From IMG/VR virus record IMGVR_UViG_3300022661_000054: DNA of 64,000 bases; one strand, 5' to 3'. The notes below the pieces were generated by a model. It was given only the letters and a program-made list of their open reading frames with translations. It was not told the DNA's origin and did no database searches. This stretch comes from a virus (lineage: Duplodnaviria > Heunggongvirae > Uroviricota > Caudoviricetes). How positions within the stretch are numbered: the first letter of the stretch is position 1; each line of letters starts with the position of its first letter. This document shows, piece after piece, positions 1 through 9,236 of the stretch. The translations under genes were made by a program, and so were the position numbers.

Positions 1-65
1 AGCAGATAAAGCCAACTTAAAAGACATAGGCTACTCGCCCCTTTCTGTTATTTAATTTTAAAAAC

Positions 66-1046
66 TTATTTCTTTTTGATAAGATTGCTTATAAGCATGG
101 CTGCTTCCTGTCTGGTTAAATAACCTTTAGGATCAAATCTGTTTGCACCTTTACCTGACATGATACCAGCTTTTTTAAGATTATATACAGCAGTTTTTGC
201 CCACTTAGCAATTAAAGCGTCGTCTAGGAATTTAGCTGTTGAAGCTGTGCTTGACTTTGCATAAATATTATTTATCAAAACAGCAGCCTCTTGACGAGTA
301 ATATTAGCTGTAGGGTTAAAGTTAGAGCCATCACCATTCATTAGTTTCTTTTTCTTTAAGCTATAAACAGCGTCTTTTGCCCATGAAGCTATTTTCTTAT
401 CGTCTAAGTACTTTGCACTATCAGCCTGTGCTGTGAATTTATATTTTTTAACATTACAAACGTTGTTAACAAGCACAGCCATTTCCTGTCTGGTAATATT
501 ATTGGTTGGATTAAAAGTACCATCAGTATTGCCATTCATAATCTTAGACTCTTTAAGACTGTAAACTGCATCTTTTGCCCACGAAGCTATCTTTTTGTCG
601 TCTTTAAATAAATCTCTAATATGGTAATTATCGCTATTATATGCGCCTTTAACATTAGGAATACCTAAATAAGGTGTCGGGTCAATAGCTGTGTTATTTG
701 CATTATTAATTTGATAATGAAGATGCACACCGGTACTATTGCCTGTAGTACCCATGGTGCCTAAAACAGTAGTTCTAGATACTTTCTGTCCTTTCTTTAC
801 CTTAACACTACCTTTTACTAGATGACAAAAAATGTGTCTGTTTCCAGCTTCATCACCAACTGAGACGTACTGTCCCCAGCCACCCTCGTCAAAAGCTACG
901 TTGCGAACGGTACCATCACATGTGGCGTAAATTGTTCTATTTGAGCAGACAATATCAAGGCCTTTGTGACTATTAGCCCAATATTTTCCTTGCTGACCAA
1001 ATATTGCAGTGATTTTAAATTCACCGCTGATAGGTAAATTAGTCAT
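66..1046 (-). CDS. Endolysin: N-terminal M23 (lysostaphin-like) metallopeptidase plus three C-terminal SLH cell-wall-binding repeats
   Basis: M23 motifs HKGLDIV and HLHYQI are present. Three tandem repeats of the form DDKKIASWAKDAVY...FNPT.NITRQEAAVL resemble SLH domains, and the DNA itself is repeated at about 380-410 and 570-600. The gene sits at the end of the structural module. Confidence 0.85.
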   Translation of the reverse strand: MTNLPISGEFKITAIFGQQGKYWANSHKGLDIVCSNRTIYATCDGTVRNVAFDEGGWGQYVSVGDEAGNRHIFCHLVKGSVKVKKGQKVSRTTVLGTMGTTGNSTGVHLHYQINNANNTAIDPTPYLGIPNVKGAYNSDNYHIRDLFKDDKKIASWAKDAVYSLKESKIMNGNTDGTFNPTNNITRQEMAVLVNNVCNVKKYKFTAQADSAKYLDDKKIASWAKDAVYSLKKKKLMNGDGSNFNPTANITRQEAAVLINNIYAKSSTASTAKFLDDALIAKWAKTAVYNLKKAGIMSGKGANRFDPKGYLTRQEAAMLISNLIKKK

Positions 1047-1078
1047 AGTATTCTTCTCCTTTATATTTAAATTTTTAT

Positions 1079-1726
1079 TTATCTATAGAAAATTAAATTT
1101 CCATTATCTTCACTATAGACAGTATCTGGATAATTATCATCAATAACTGGTATTTCTATTTCAAATGAATAATAAATATCTTCATAATGACCGCTAATAT
1201 CGATATATTCATTTTCATAAGAATAATCACCGTATACATTATTTATAGGTAGATAATCTGATGTACTAAGATGACCGTATTCATCGTAGGCGTCTATCCA
1301 ATACGAACCACTCACAGTAACTAGTGATCCCTCATCCCAATCGCCATAGTCATTTGTTTGCATTTGGTAACGAACAGTAATGTAGGATGCCTGTCTAGGT
1401 AAAATTTCCCAAGTAAGCACTATTCTATCTGTGCTTCCATCGCGCCAGCAATAGCCTTCTAGAGGTTCAATATAAATAGCATATGTACCACTTGCTATCT
1501 GTTCATATTCGCCAGTTATTCTTACAGTAGTATCATTGTAGTCCGCAAGGTAGGCACGAACATCTATATAACTGTCACAGTAACTAAATGTAGTATGAGG
1601 TAAATGCGGAGTATTGATCTTGGTAGGTCCAGAAGAAAACCATAATTTACCATTTATCTTAACAGACTTTACTGGCTGACCATTTATTTTTATTGTTCTT
1701 GGTTTTGACATATTATTCAACCCCAA
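1079..1726 (-). CDS. Hypothetical Tyr/Asp-rich structural protein, possibly the distal part of a fibre or receptor-binding protein
   Basis: Long ORF in the structural operon whose start overlaps the stop of the upstream gene. Composition is rich in Y, D and G. No motif recognised. Confidence 0.6.
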   Translation of the reverse strand: MGLNNMSKPRTIKINGQPVKSVKINGKLWFSSGPTKINTPHLPHTTFSYCDSYIDVRAYLADYNDTTVRITGEYEQIASGTYAIYIEPLEGYCWRDGSTDRIVLTWEILPRQASYITVRYQMQTNDYGDWDEGSLVTVSGSYWIDAYDEYGHLSTSDYLPINNVYGDYSYENEYIDISGHYEDIYYSFEIEIPVIDDNYPDTVYSEDNGNLIFYR

Positions 1727-3308
1727 TCAGTTTGAAAATGCTAGTTCCCTCATTTTCGTCTTCCCACTCAATTTCCATCTCTAATAGTGTCTGCTTTGTT
1801 GCTTTTATTTCTGGTGAATTTATATATTCTATTCTGCTAACACCGCAGTCACTTCCATCATTAAAACCATATTCATGTATTTCCAGAGTACACCCTACAA
1901 TACTGGCTAATTTTTCAGCTTCAGTTCCTGTTAAGTTATCTAGAATGCCACAGTCTAAAACATTCTGTTTATTACCTTCATATGTTAGATAGACTGATAT
2001 ATCAGCAAAACTAGGATCATTTGCAAATAACCTACCGTCAGCCGTTTTCAAAGTAATATATAAATGTGCCTCAGAATTAGCAGCAGTACAAAAAATGCCA
2101 GTTTTAACATTCGTTTCAGTCAAAGTAATATTATAAGTCTTCTGTTCGTTAATGTCTGATTTTGATATAACAGTATACTGTTTTTCTTGTAATACGGGGA
2201 GAGTAATTAAGTCTTTGGCTTCTAAGTGCTTGCTTGATGCATAGAAGCTAACAGTGCCTTCATCACCCATAGAATAATCTAGATTAAAACCTAGATAAAA
2301 TGGCCCATAAGGATTTGACATATAGCTACCATTATGGTAATAGTAAAGCTCATTAAGTGTAGTAGTTGTTCTTTCACCCGCATGACAACCGAAACTACAG
2401 TTAATAAACTCATTCCCGTTTATATCTACGCCATAGTAATATACATCACCATTAGTATTATTCACCAAAGTTATTTCATCGTCTGCGCTGTTAACCGTGA
2501 ACCTTGCTGTGTTACCGTAAGGTTCACTAGTGTATACTAGTTCAGCAATCGTACCATCGAGTTTCTTATCAATAGCGCTTTGTAGCTTAGTTGATGCAGA
2601 GCTTACTGCAGAGCTCACTGACGTACTTACTAATGATTGTACTTCACTTCTGTTTAATAGCTGATTATTAGAAGAAGTAGTTGTCGTGCCGGTATAGATT
2701 TTTCCACTAACAAAACTATTACCAGCTGTATCTACTTTTAGTGTATTACGAAGAATTTTTTGTAATTCTGAATTATTATCTATTAGTTTAAATTGCGCTG
2801 AATCATTATTATTATTACCACTACCATCTTTTATAAATTTAATTTCTATAAAATGACTTCCAGCTGATACATTAGAATAAATAACATTGATTACTGATGC
2901 ACTTGATTTACCTTTTAGTGTCTCTTTTACATTGGTTGTCGTATTGGCGGCATTCCGCACCAACTCTTTGTCTATAGTACCAAATACGGCATAGTCATAA
3001 TTAGCCTCAGCATAATTAATTACATCAAATACAACGTCACACTTTTCTGGTACATCAATATCTACTCTACAAATAGCATAAGAACCAGCTTTACCCTTAT
3101 TCTGAGACTCATAATAACCATTGTCATTCAAAGCAAAGCCGTATGTAGCGCCTTCAATATTACTGACAGTGTATGTAAATAATGTAGTACTTAAAATAGC
3201 ATTATCAACCTTTTCGGCGGTGAGGAATTTATTATCAGTCTCTTCTTTAGAGTAACATATATCAGAAGCGTTTTTATAACCTTCTTCTGTTTTTAAATAT
3301 TTAGCCAT
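1713..3308 (-). CDS. Putative tail fibre / receptor-binding protein (531 aa)
   Basis: Long ORF in the fibre cluster. It has an S/T/N-rich beta-type composition and follows an RBS after the stop of the 3323..4639 gene. Confidence 0.6.
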   Translation of the reverse strand: MAKYLKTEEGYKNASDICYSKEETDNKFLTAEKVDNAILSTTLFTYTVSNIEGATYGFALNDNGYYESQNKGKAGSYAICRVDIDVPEKCDVVFDVINYAEANYDYAVFGTIDKELVRNAANTTTNVKETLKGKSSASVINVIYSNVSAGSHFIEIKFIKDGSGNNNNDSAQFKLIDNNSELQKILRNTLKVDTAGNSFVSGKIYTGTTTTSSNNQLLNRSEVQSLVSTSVSSAVSSASTKLQSAIDKKLDGTIAELVYTSEPYGNTARFTVNSADDEITLVNNTNGDVYYYGVDINGNEFINCSFGCHAGERTTTTLNELYYYHNGSYMSNPYGPFYLGFNLDYSMGDEGTVSFYASSKHLEAKDLITLPVLQEKQYTVISKSDINEQKTYNITLTETNVKTGIFCTAANSEAHLYITLKTADGRLFANDPSFADISVYLTYEGNKQNVLDCGILDNLTGTEAEKLASIVGCTLEIHEYGFNDGSDCGVSRIEYINSPEIKATKQTLLEMEIEWEDENEGTSIFKLIGVE

Positions 3309-3322
3309 TCAATTCACCTTTC

Positions 3323-4639
3323 TTAATTAAGATATTTAGAATCTAAGTACTCAAGATGCTCTTTAACAAACGTTCTTAAATAGCTTAAAGTGTTTGTGGT
3401 CACTAAAGGAATATCCGGATTGGCAATAGTATCTTTTATAGCCTCATCTTCGCCACCATAACTATTAATATATTTTTCAAACTCGTACATTATTGAACTA
3501 TAGCTTAAAACTGACTCTCTCAACTCTGCGTATCTCTCAATATAATCATTGGAATAAAAGTTGCCAATAATGCTAGGAAGTATACTATAATGGTTTAGGT
3601 AAGGATTGTTAATTGCAGGACGTCCGTCGTCGCCAAATAATGATACTCTACTTGAGTTAAGCAATTCTCCCTCCCAAGATAAGTCAAAAGTAGCGTCGAG
3701 ATCATAAGCACTTAAATACCATTTATCTAAGTCATACGTAACAAGAAGCATGTTCTTGGCTAAGCCATCTGTACCTAGAATGACGTCCTGAAGTATGTAA
3801 TAGTCTATCAGGCTCTGTTTATCAAGACTACGTGTAATAGCATCAGAAACGTTGTTAACATAACCACCATGCACATTTTCATATAAAGTCTGAAATTTAT
3901 TTTTAATATTTGTTACGTCATTACCGACTTCAACACTCCAATAAGTATCTTCACCATTCCATACAGTATTAAAGTTACATGGATTTTTTTGTACGGAACT
4001 ATTACCATTATCATTAAATTCAGCCTGAAGTACAGTATGCTTAGGATTATTTTCATTCATACCGAAAAGTTTGGCATTCTTATTAGTAACTAAGCCATAC
4101 AAACCGACATATTCATTGTTAATATAAACTTTTACAGGAAAACCATCAATAGCACCATTATTTGGGCTATTTCTAAGTTCTTCTGGCAATGAATCATAAT
4201 CATGTCTGCTGGCAACTACCTTGCTCCATAAATTAGAACATACTATGTTTCTAGCATGTAGAATATCGTTATAGTCTGCCTTAAGAGTAAAGATGTTAGA
4301 TGAACCCCAATTTCTAAAATTAATGCTTAGCGGCATTGTACGCCACTCATCACTAAACAATTTAAAAGTAAAATTCTTTTTTGGAAGCGCTAGTGTAGAG
4401 GTTCCTTGTAGTTTAATTTTTGTATAAGCTTTAAAAGTTAATGTTTTAGAGGTATATTCAAGTTCACCATTAACATAGTTCTTCGAATCCGGTATAGAAC
4501 CAGTAATAAATAGAACAGGAACGTCACTATCCTGAGATTCCGTAACAGCATTTAAAGAGTCATTTTTTTGTAATGACTCTTTAAATGCTCCTAATACAGA
4601 AGCTAAAACATCAACTGTGATTAAGTTGTTGTTTGCCAT
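3323..4639 (-). CDS. CotH-like domain protein (structural-module protein)
   Basis: The segment AKNMLLVTYDLDKWYLSAYDLDATFDLSW matches the CotH-kinase-family core (GKN..L..D....KWY.IPWD.D.tFG) as I remember it. A paralogous segment is present in the giant protein. Confidence 0.55.
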   Translation of the reverse strand: MANNNLITVDVLASVLGAFKESLQKNDSLNAVTESQDSDVPVLFITGSIPDSKNYVNGELEYTSKTLTFKAYTKIKLQGTSTLALPKKNFTFKLFSDEWRTMPLSINFRNWGSSNIFTLKADYNDILHARNIVCSNLWSKVVASRHDYDSLPEELRNSPNNGAIDGFPVKVYINNEYVGLYGLVTNKNAKLFGMNENNPKHTVLQAEFNDNGNSSVQKNPCNFNTVWNGEDTYWSVEVGNDVTNIKNKFQTLYENVHGGYVNNVSDAITRSLDKQSLIDYYILQDVILGTDGLAKNMLLVTYDLDKWYLSAYDLDATFDLSWEGELLNSSRVSLFGDDGRPAINNPYLNHYSILPSIIGNFYSNDYIERYAELRESVLSYSSIMYEFEKYINSYGGEDEAIKDTIANPDIPLVTTNTLSYLRTFVKEHLEYLDSKYLN

Positions 4640-4652
4640 AATAATTTACCCC

Positions 4653-5462
4653 TTAGTTGGCATAGAATGTAAGTGTTCTAAGTGAAGTGCCAGCCGGCTC
4701 AACTAATATTAAACGTAAATAACCGTCACTGCCAGTATATGAACCAATTACGGCATAAGTAGCAATATTCCAACCAGATTCATCACTAGAGTAGTGTATT
4801 AATATACGTTTATTAGCATTGAGGTCTGCTTGTGCGACAGCAGCTGAGCAACGTTCACCTGTAGATGCTATATACAGATTAGAATTTGTACCACTGGCGG
4901 CTGAACTACTATTATATACTACTGTGTCAGCGCTAACTTTTGACGGTTCAATTGTATTAAGAGAAGTTGTTGTAGAACTTTGATGTACAGTTATAGCCGG
5001 CGAACCACCTTCTAGACTCATTCTATCTAGCATTACTAAACTAACATATTCAGAACCAGTTGAAGCTGTATAATAAACACCTAAAAGTTCTACGACCGCG
5101 CCGTTGTTGTCATTTTTCACAAGAACTCTATTACCAGCTATAAAATCATTATAAATATTACCATAATCGGCAATCTGTGAGTGATTCTCATCAACATAAA
5201 TAGATGCAGAGCTTCCATGATACAGTACAGTGCTTCCCGCTGAGTCACCACCGCCAATTGAACCTAGATCTGGTTTATTTAAAATAAATGCTGGACTGTC
5301 TTCATTGGTTTCATTCCAGTCAGCCTGAACTTTTGAACCAGAAGTGGTTAAGTTAGATGCTGGAACTCTTACAACTTCTCCGCCTTCTTCAACAAGAATG
5401 TTAGGAGAGGACGGATTTTCGTGCATTTCTACTTCACTTAATTTTTTGTATTGGTAAGCCAT
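4653..5462 (-). CDS. Hypothetical structural protein (269 aa)
   Basis: ORF in the fibre operon with G/S/T-rich beta-type composition. Its start is coupled to the stop of the upstream GT2 gene. Confidence 0.6.
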   Translation of the reverse strand: MAYQYKKLSEVEMHENPSSPNILVEEGGEVVRVPASNLTTSGSKVQADWNETNEDSPAFILNKPDLGSIGGGDSAGSTVLYHGSSASIYVDENHSQIADYGNIYNDFIAGNRVLVKNDNNGAVVELLGVYYTASTGSEYVSLVMLDRMSLEGGSPAITVHQSSTTTSLNTIEPSKVSADTVVYNSSSAASGTNSNLYIASTGERCSAAVAQADLNANKRILIHYSSDESGWNIATYAVIGSYTGSDGYLRLILVEPAGTSLRTLTFYAN

Positions 5463-6259
5463 TATGACTTCCTCCTTGTATAATTTATTATTTTATTTAA
5501 TAAGGCTAAATCTTTACCTTTTAAATTTTTATATTTGTTTTGCATTTCTTCTACAGTTTTTTTAATATATGTCATGTCACCATTATTCTCAGCAATAAAT
5601 TTTGCAGATAGGTACATAGCATTTATAAAATCAGAATCCTGCTTTTTGTCTCTTTCGCTGTCAGTTTTTCTAAGCACAGAATTTTTATTAAAAGTCCATA
5701 ACATAGTCACTACCTTGATGGTATTTATCTTCATAAATGCATTACACATTGAATTAAAATACGAATCATCAGCCCATCTGACTTCAGGAGAATTTCTGAT
5801 ATTATATTTCTTTAGTGATGAAACATTATATAATTTTCCATGACACGCAGTATAATTATCAGTCCGTAAACTTAGAACATTATCTCCATGTAAAGTGTAT
5901 TGCTCATAAAAATGCGTGTGAAGAAATTCTATATCAGGATAAGCTTTGATAACTTCATTAAAAGTTTCGACTGCGTAAGGCATAAACATATCATCTGAAT
6001 CTAAGAATGTTATAAAATTCTGTTCAGTATTATCTATGCCTACCTGTCTAGTCATACCGCATCCGATATTTGTTTCATTACGAATATATCTTATATTTAA
6101 TTTAGCATTGTAATCATCTACTATTGATTTAATATCTTCAGTAGAGCAGTCATCTACGACTGTAACAGTAAAATCCTGATCTGTTTGAGCTACTAGTGAA
6201 CTAAGTGTTCTGCCTAGTGTGCTAGCACAGTTGTAAGCAGGAATAATAACATCTATCAT
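5462..6259 (-). CDS. Family 2 glycosyltransferase (GT-A fold)
   Basis: The N-terminus reads MIDVIIPAYNCASTLGRTLSSLVAQTDQDFTVTVVDDCSTED. The DxD-like triplets DSD and DDS lie downstream. This is typical of GT2. Confidence 0.85.
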   Translation of the reverse strand: MIDVIIPAYNCASTLGRTLSSLVAQTDQDFTVTVVDDCSTEDIKSIVDDYNAKLNIRYIRNETNIGCGMTRQVGIDNTEQNFITFLDSDDMFMPYAVETFNEVIKAYPDIEFLHTHFYEQYTLHGDNVLSLRTDNYTACHGKLYNVSSLKKYNIRNSPEVRWADDSYFNSMCNAFMKINTIKVVTMLWTFNKNSVLRKTDSERDKKQDSDFINAMYLSAKFIAENNGDMTYIKKTVEEMQNKYKNLKGKDLALLNKIINYTRRKS

Positions 6260-6286
6260 TTTAAAGTTTGCCTTTCTTTAAATATA

Positions 6287-7984
6287 TTAAATTGTATAAA
6301 CAGCACCACTATTATCAGTTAGAATAGCACCGTTTGATGTTGTTACGGGCTCAAGACTACACACAGTTGATAAAATTTCCATTACATCTTCATCAGTAGC
6401 TATATTAATATTTATATTACCTATTTTTATATTTTTAGGCTTAGAATTAAGGAAACAAGGATCTTTTACTTCTTCACCACTTTCATTCCACCAGTCAATC
6501 ATAATAAATTGACCTAGTGCTGCTTGGGGTAATATTACTTTTAGTGTAATAGATGAATCAGTTGATTCAACGCGCTCTTCCGTATAGTCAAAACTAAGGG
6601 TGCTACCGTCTTCGCCATATAAACCACAACCAAAATCATCCACACCAACGTCAAACCTTCTCCAGTATAAGCCATTGTCAATATGTTCTTGTGTAATTTC
6701 TTGTATAGTGCTAATAGAAGTTTCTTCAAATTCATACTCACAGGATACAAGGTTATTAATAGTGTCTCCAACAACTTTAGCGTCCGCTGCAAGACCATCG
6801 TGAGTTAAAGACTTATCTGTATCTATGCGCAATCTTTTCTTATCAGCATATGCATAGATGTAACCTTCACCAGACTCTCCTGCGTCAGAAGTAATCGTTA
6901 TTGTATACGGAGCAGAGGTTTCTGATAAAATGCTGCTAGCACTAAATGAGTTAATAAAATCTCTTAATGTAAAAGTTGCAGGATTGTTCTTATTAGCTGG
7001 GAAGTAGATTAAATCATAAAGGCCTGAAACATAGCCAAAGTCTATATTATTTACTCGAAAACAATAAGCCCATGCACCGTCTATACTTGGATCTGCATAT
7101 GTATAAATAGGTGTGTCAATACTATCAACAGTAATTTTTATACCATCTGAACTATCTGAATAGTCTGTATTACCATCAATCCATTTTGAAAAAATAACTG
7201 GCTCTAATATATCTGGCGGCAGACCAATATTTTCTCTTGCCTGAGCTTTTTGTTCTTCTGTCAACTTTTGAGAGTCAAAGGATACATATTGGTCTTCAAT
7301 ACGTACTTCTTTGTAGATCTCTAAATAAGGTTTTGCCCAATCTGCAATCCAAGTAATCTCTATAGAAGTAATACCGAGCGTTTCTGGAGGGTCCATGTAA
7401 CCAAACGCATTAGAAGAATCTTCTTTTAACAATTGCTGCCAAGAACTGTAAAAGTCCATTCCAGAGACATCCACGGCACCATTGATTCCGGGAAATGTTT
7501 GATAAATTCTTTGTCCCATATCGTCATAGTACCAAATACTAAAGGTTCCTTCATATCCAGTATTATCTACGCATTTAAAGATATCAAGACCTTCGGCAAT
7601 TGGAAGATTTTCTATTTCCGGAATAGATGCTGCGCCAAGCCATCTAATACCATAAGTTGTTGTATCTCCAACTTCCATTGGAGCATACCTTTCCTCGGAC
7701 TTTTGTTCAATACCAAAAAAAGGTAGCTTATTTACTGGAGTTCTACCGTCACCAATCTTCATACGTTCATAGGTATATGGCTCAGTTCTGCTGTATGTGC
7801 CATCTTTATTCTTCGGTAATTTTGGATTACCTTCAGCATCAACTAGGACGTTTCCATTTTCGTCTACTTCGGTATCATAAACGACGATCTCACCTGCAAG
7901 AGGTTTAAAATTAGTAGCGTTAAGCCAATTTACTTCTAAGTCATGCTTATTTTGAATTCGCGTTGTAATCTTTTTTGCAGACAT
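6287..7984 (-). CDS. Tail fibre protein carrying the shared N-terminal anchor motif
   Basis: The N-terminus ...HDLEVNWLNATNFKPLAGEIVVYD...YERMKIGDGRTPVNKLPF matches the motif that recurs on six other proteins in this window. Confidence 0.75.
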   Translation of the reverse strand: MSAKKITTRIQNKHDLEVNWLNATNFKPLAGEIVVYDTEVDENGNVLVDAEGNPKLPKNKDGTYSRTEPYTYERMKIGDGRTPVNKLPFFGIEQKSEERYAPMEVGDTTTYGIRWLGAASIPEIENLPIAEGLDIFKCVDNTGYEGTFSIWYYDDMGQRIYQTFPGINGAVDVSGMDFYSSWQQLLKEDSSNAFGYMDPPETLGITSIEITWIADWAKPYLEIYKEVRIEDQYVSFDSQKLTEEQKAQARENIGLPPDILEPVIFSKWIDGNTDYSDSSDGIKITVDSIDTPIYTYADPSIDGAWAYCFRVNNIDFGYVSGLYDLIYFPANKNNPATFTLRDFINSFSASSILSETSAPYTITITSDAGESGEGYIYAYADKKRLRIDTDKSLTHDGLAADAKVVGDTINNLVSCEYEFEETSISTIQEITQEHIDNGLYWRRFDVGVDDFGCGLYGEDGSTLSFDYTEERVESTDSSITLKVILPQAALGQFIMIDWWNESGEEVKDPCFLNSKPKNIKIGNININIATDEDVMEILSTVCSLEPVTTSNGAILTDNSGAVYTI

Positions 7985-8233
7985 ACTATTATATTTAACT
8001 CCTTTTTATCATTTTTTATATAAATAAAATAAACCCGTTAGTTATCTACTAGATAAAATAAAGCTAGACTTTAATAACAAACGAGTTTGATAATGATCTT
8101 ATATTCATATTATAAGTCTCCTTTAAAATTATCTTTTCAAATTTTCGGACACGAGGATAGTCATCTTTTCAGACATACCCTTAAATTTTTTATTTATAAT
8201 TTACTTTCTTCTTTTAATTTAGCATATAAATAA

Positions 8234-8278
8234 AAGAGCTTTAAGAGAAATTTTTAATAAATCTATCTTAAAGCTCTT
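8234..8278 (-). terminator. Intrinsic terminator after the 8287..8544 gene
   Basis: A 12-bp perfect stem (aagagctttaag / cttaaagctctt) is followed by a T-rich tract on the minus strand. Confidence 0.5.
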
Positions 8279-8286
8279 GTTACTGT

Positions 8287-8544
8287 TTAGTCAGGTAAAC
8301 CGGTTATTCGCCCACCGTCAACCTCTTCATCGTAACGATGTTCATATAAAACATCTTCCGTTGTAGATTTTATAAAAAAATCTAATTCTTGTAAAGTTCT
8401 AGCGCCATCACCGACTTTAATACGAGAATACTTGATTTTGTCGTCAGGATCATATATAATTAATTCCCCTGCTTCTGGTTTAAAAGAAGATAACTTTAGC
8501 CATTCTGCCTCGGTCTTATGTAGATTACTTATTCTAGCTTTCAT
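8287..8544 (-). CDS. Anchor-only mini-protein (85 aa): the shared fibre N-terminal motif with no fibre shaft
   Basis: Sequence is MKARISNLHKTEAEWLKLSSFKPEAGELIIYDPDD..IKVGDGARTLQELDFF. A TAATG overlap couples it to the upstream gene. Confidence 0.6.
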   Translation of the reverse strand: MKARISNLHKTEAEWLKLSSFKPEAGELIIYDPDDKIKYSRIKVGDGARTLQELDFFIKSTTEDVLYEHRYDEEVDGGRITGLPD

Positions 8545-9236
8545 TAATTAAAGTTACCTCCATTTTTAAGAATTTGTTTAATTACCATATTGTCTACCGA
8601 TTCAGATATATCTGTACCATAAGAAAACATATTTACTTTTTCCATGTCTGATAGAGATTTTATATACTGTTTAGCGGCATTAAAATATGTTGTATGGTAA
8701 AGAACGTGTGCCCTGAAAGTTTTTACAATCTTAAGCATGTCTTCACGTAAAAATATTTTACACGGTTTATCAGTAGCGTGATATATAAAGGTTTCTTCTC
8801 CCGCAACTAACTGACCTTCAATTACCATTAAGTTAATTTGATCTTCTGTAGTTAATTTAAAACTACACAATTCGCCATCAGATAAAGTAACAGAAAAACC
8901 GGCAGTAATTTTATTTTTACACGTATTAGAAAGACGTTTTATAACTTCACGCTTGGCCTTGGCAAGGGCTGATTCATTAGCGCTAGGCTCCTGACCAGAG
9001 TTTAATAGACTCTGTAGTCTATTAAACTCTTCAGAAGAAATTTCTTCAATAGTAACTATATCTGACTTTCTCTGCGCCAGAGGAGCAAATGCATATAAAG
9101 TTGTATTATCAGAACCGACTATTCCATGAGCGGAAGACTTATCCGTAAGATTTACTTGACCTGTAGACATCAGTCTAAAGAAGCGAGGTATCTTTACTAC
9201 ATCAATAACCTTATTATTAAGTATAATTTTATACAT
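8544..9236 (-). CDS. Hypothetical protein (230 aa), possibly a fibre assembly or adapter protein
   Basis: Its start overlaps the stop of the giant gene through a TAATG junction. No motif recognised. Confidence 0.65.
   Translation of the reverse strand: MYKIILNNKVIDVVKIPRFFRLMSTGQVNLTDKSSAHGIVGSDNTTLYAFAPLAQRKSDIVTIEEISSEEFNRLQSLLNSGQEPSANESALAKAKREVIKRLSNTCKNKITAGFSVTLSDGELCSFKLTTEDQINLMVIEGQLVAGEETFIYHATDKPCKIFLREDMLKIVKTFRAHVLYHTTYFNAAKQYIKSLSDMEKVNMFSYGTDISESVDNMVIKQILKNGGNFN

Noticed and set aside
6541-6798. Nested minus-strand ORFs inside larger genes (6541..6798, 40576..40785, 54453..54671, 56938..57189, 58349..58534, 60891..61106, 63070..63291, 14275..14511, 20042..20236)
   Set aside because: They are out-of-frame inside stronger genes and have no independent RBS support.
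7985-8230. Sigma-70-like promoter (TTGAAA ... TATAAT) plus a tiny 14-codon ORF on the minus strand upstream of the 565-aa fibre gene
   Set aside because: The spacer is about 20 nt, which is too long for a canonical promoter. The tiny ORF has an RBS but is too short to call. I leave it as an unsupported possibility.
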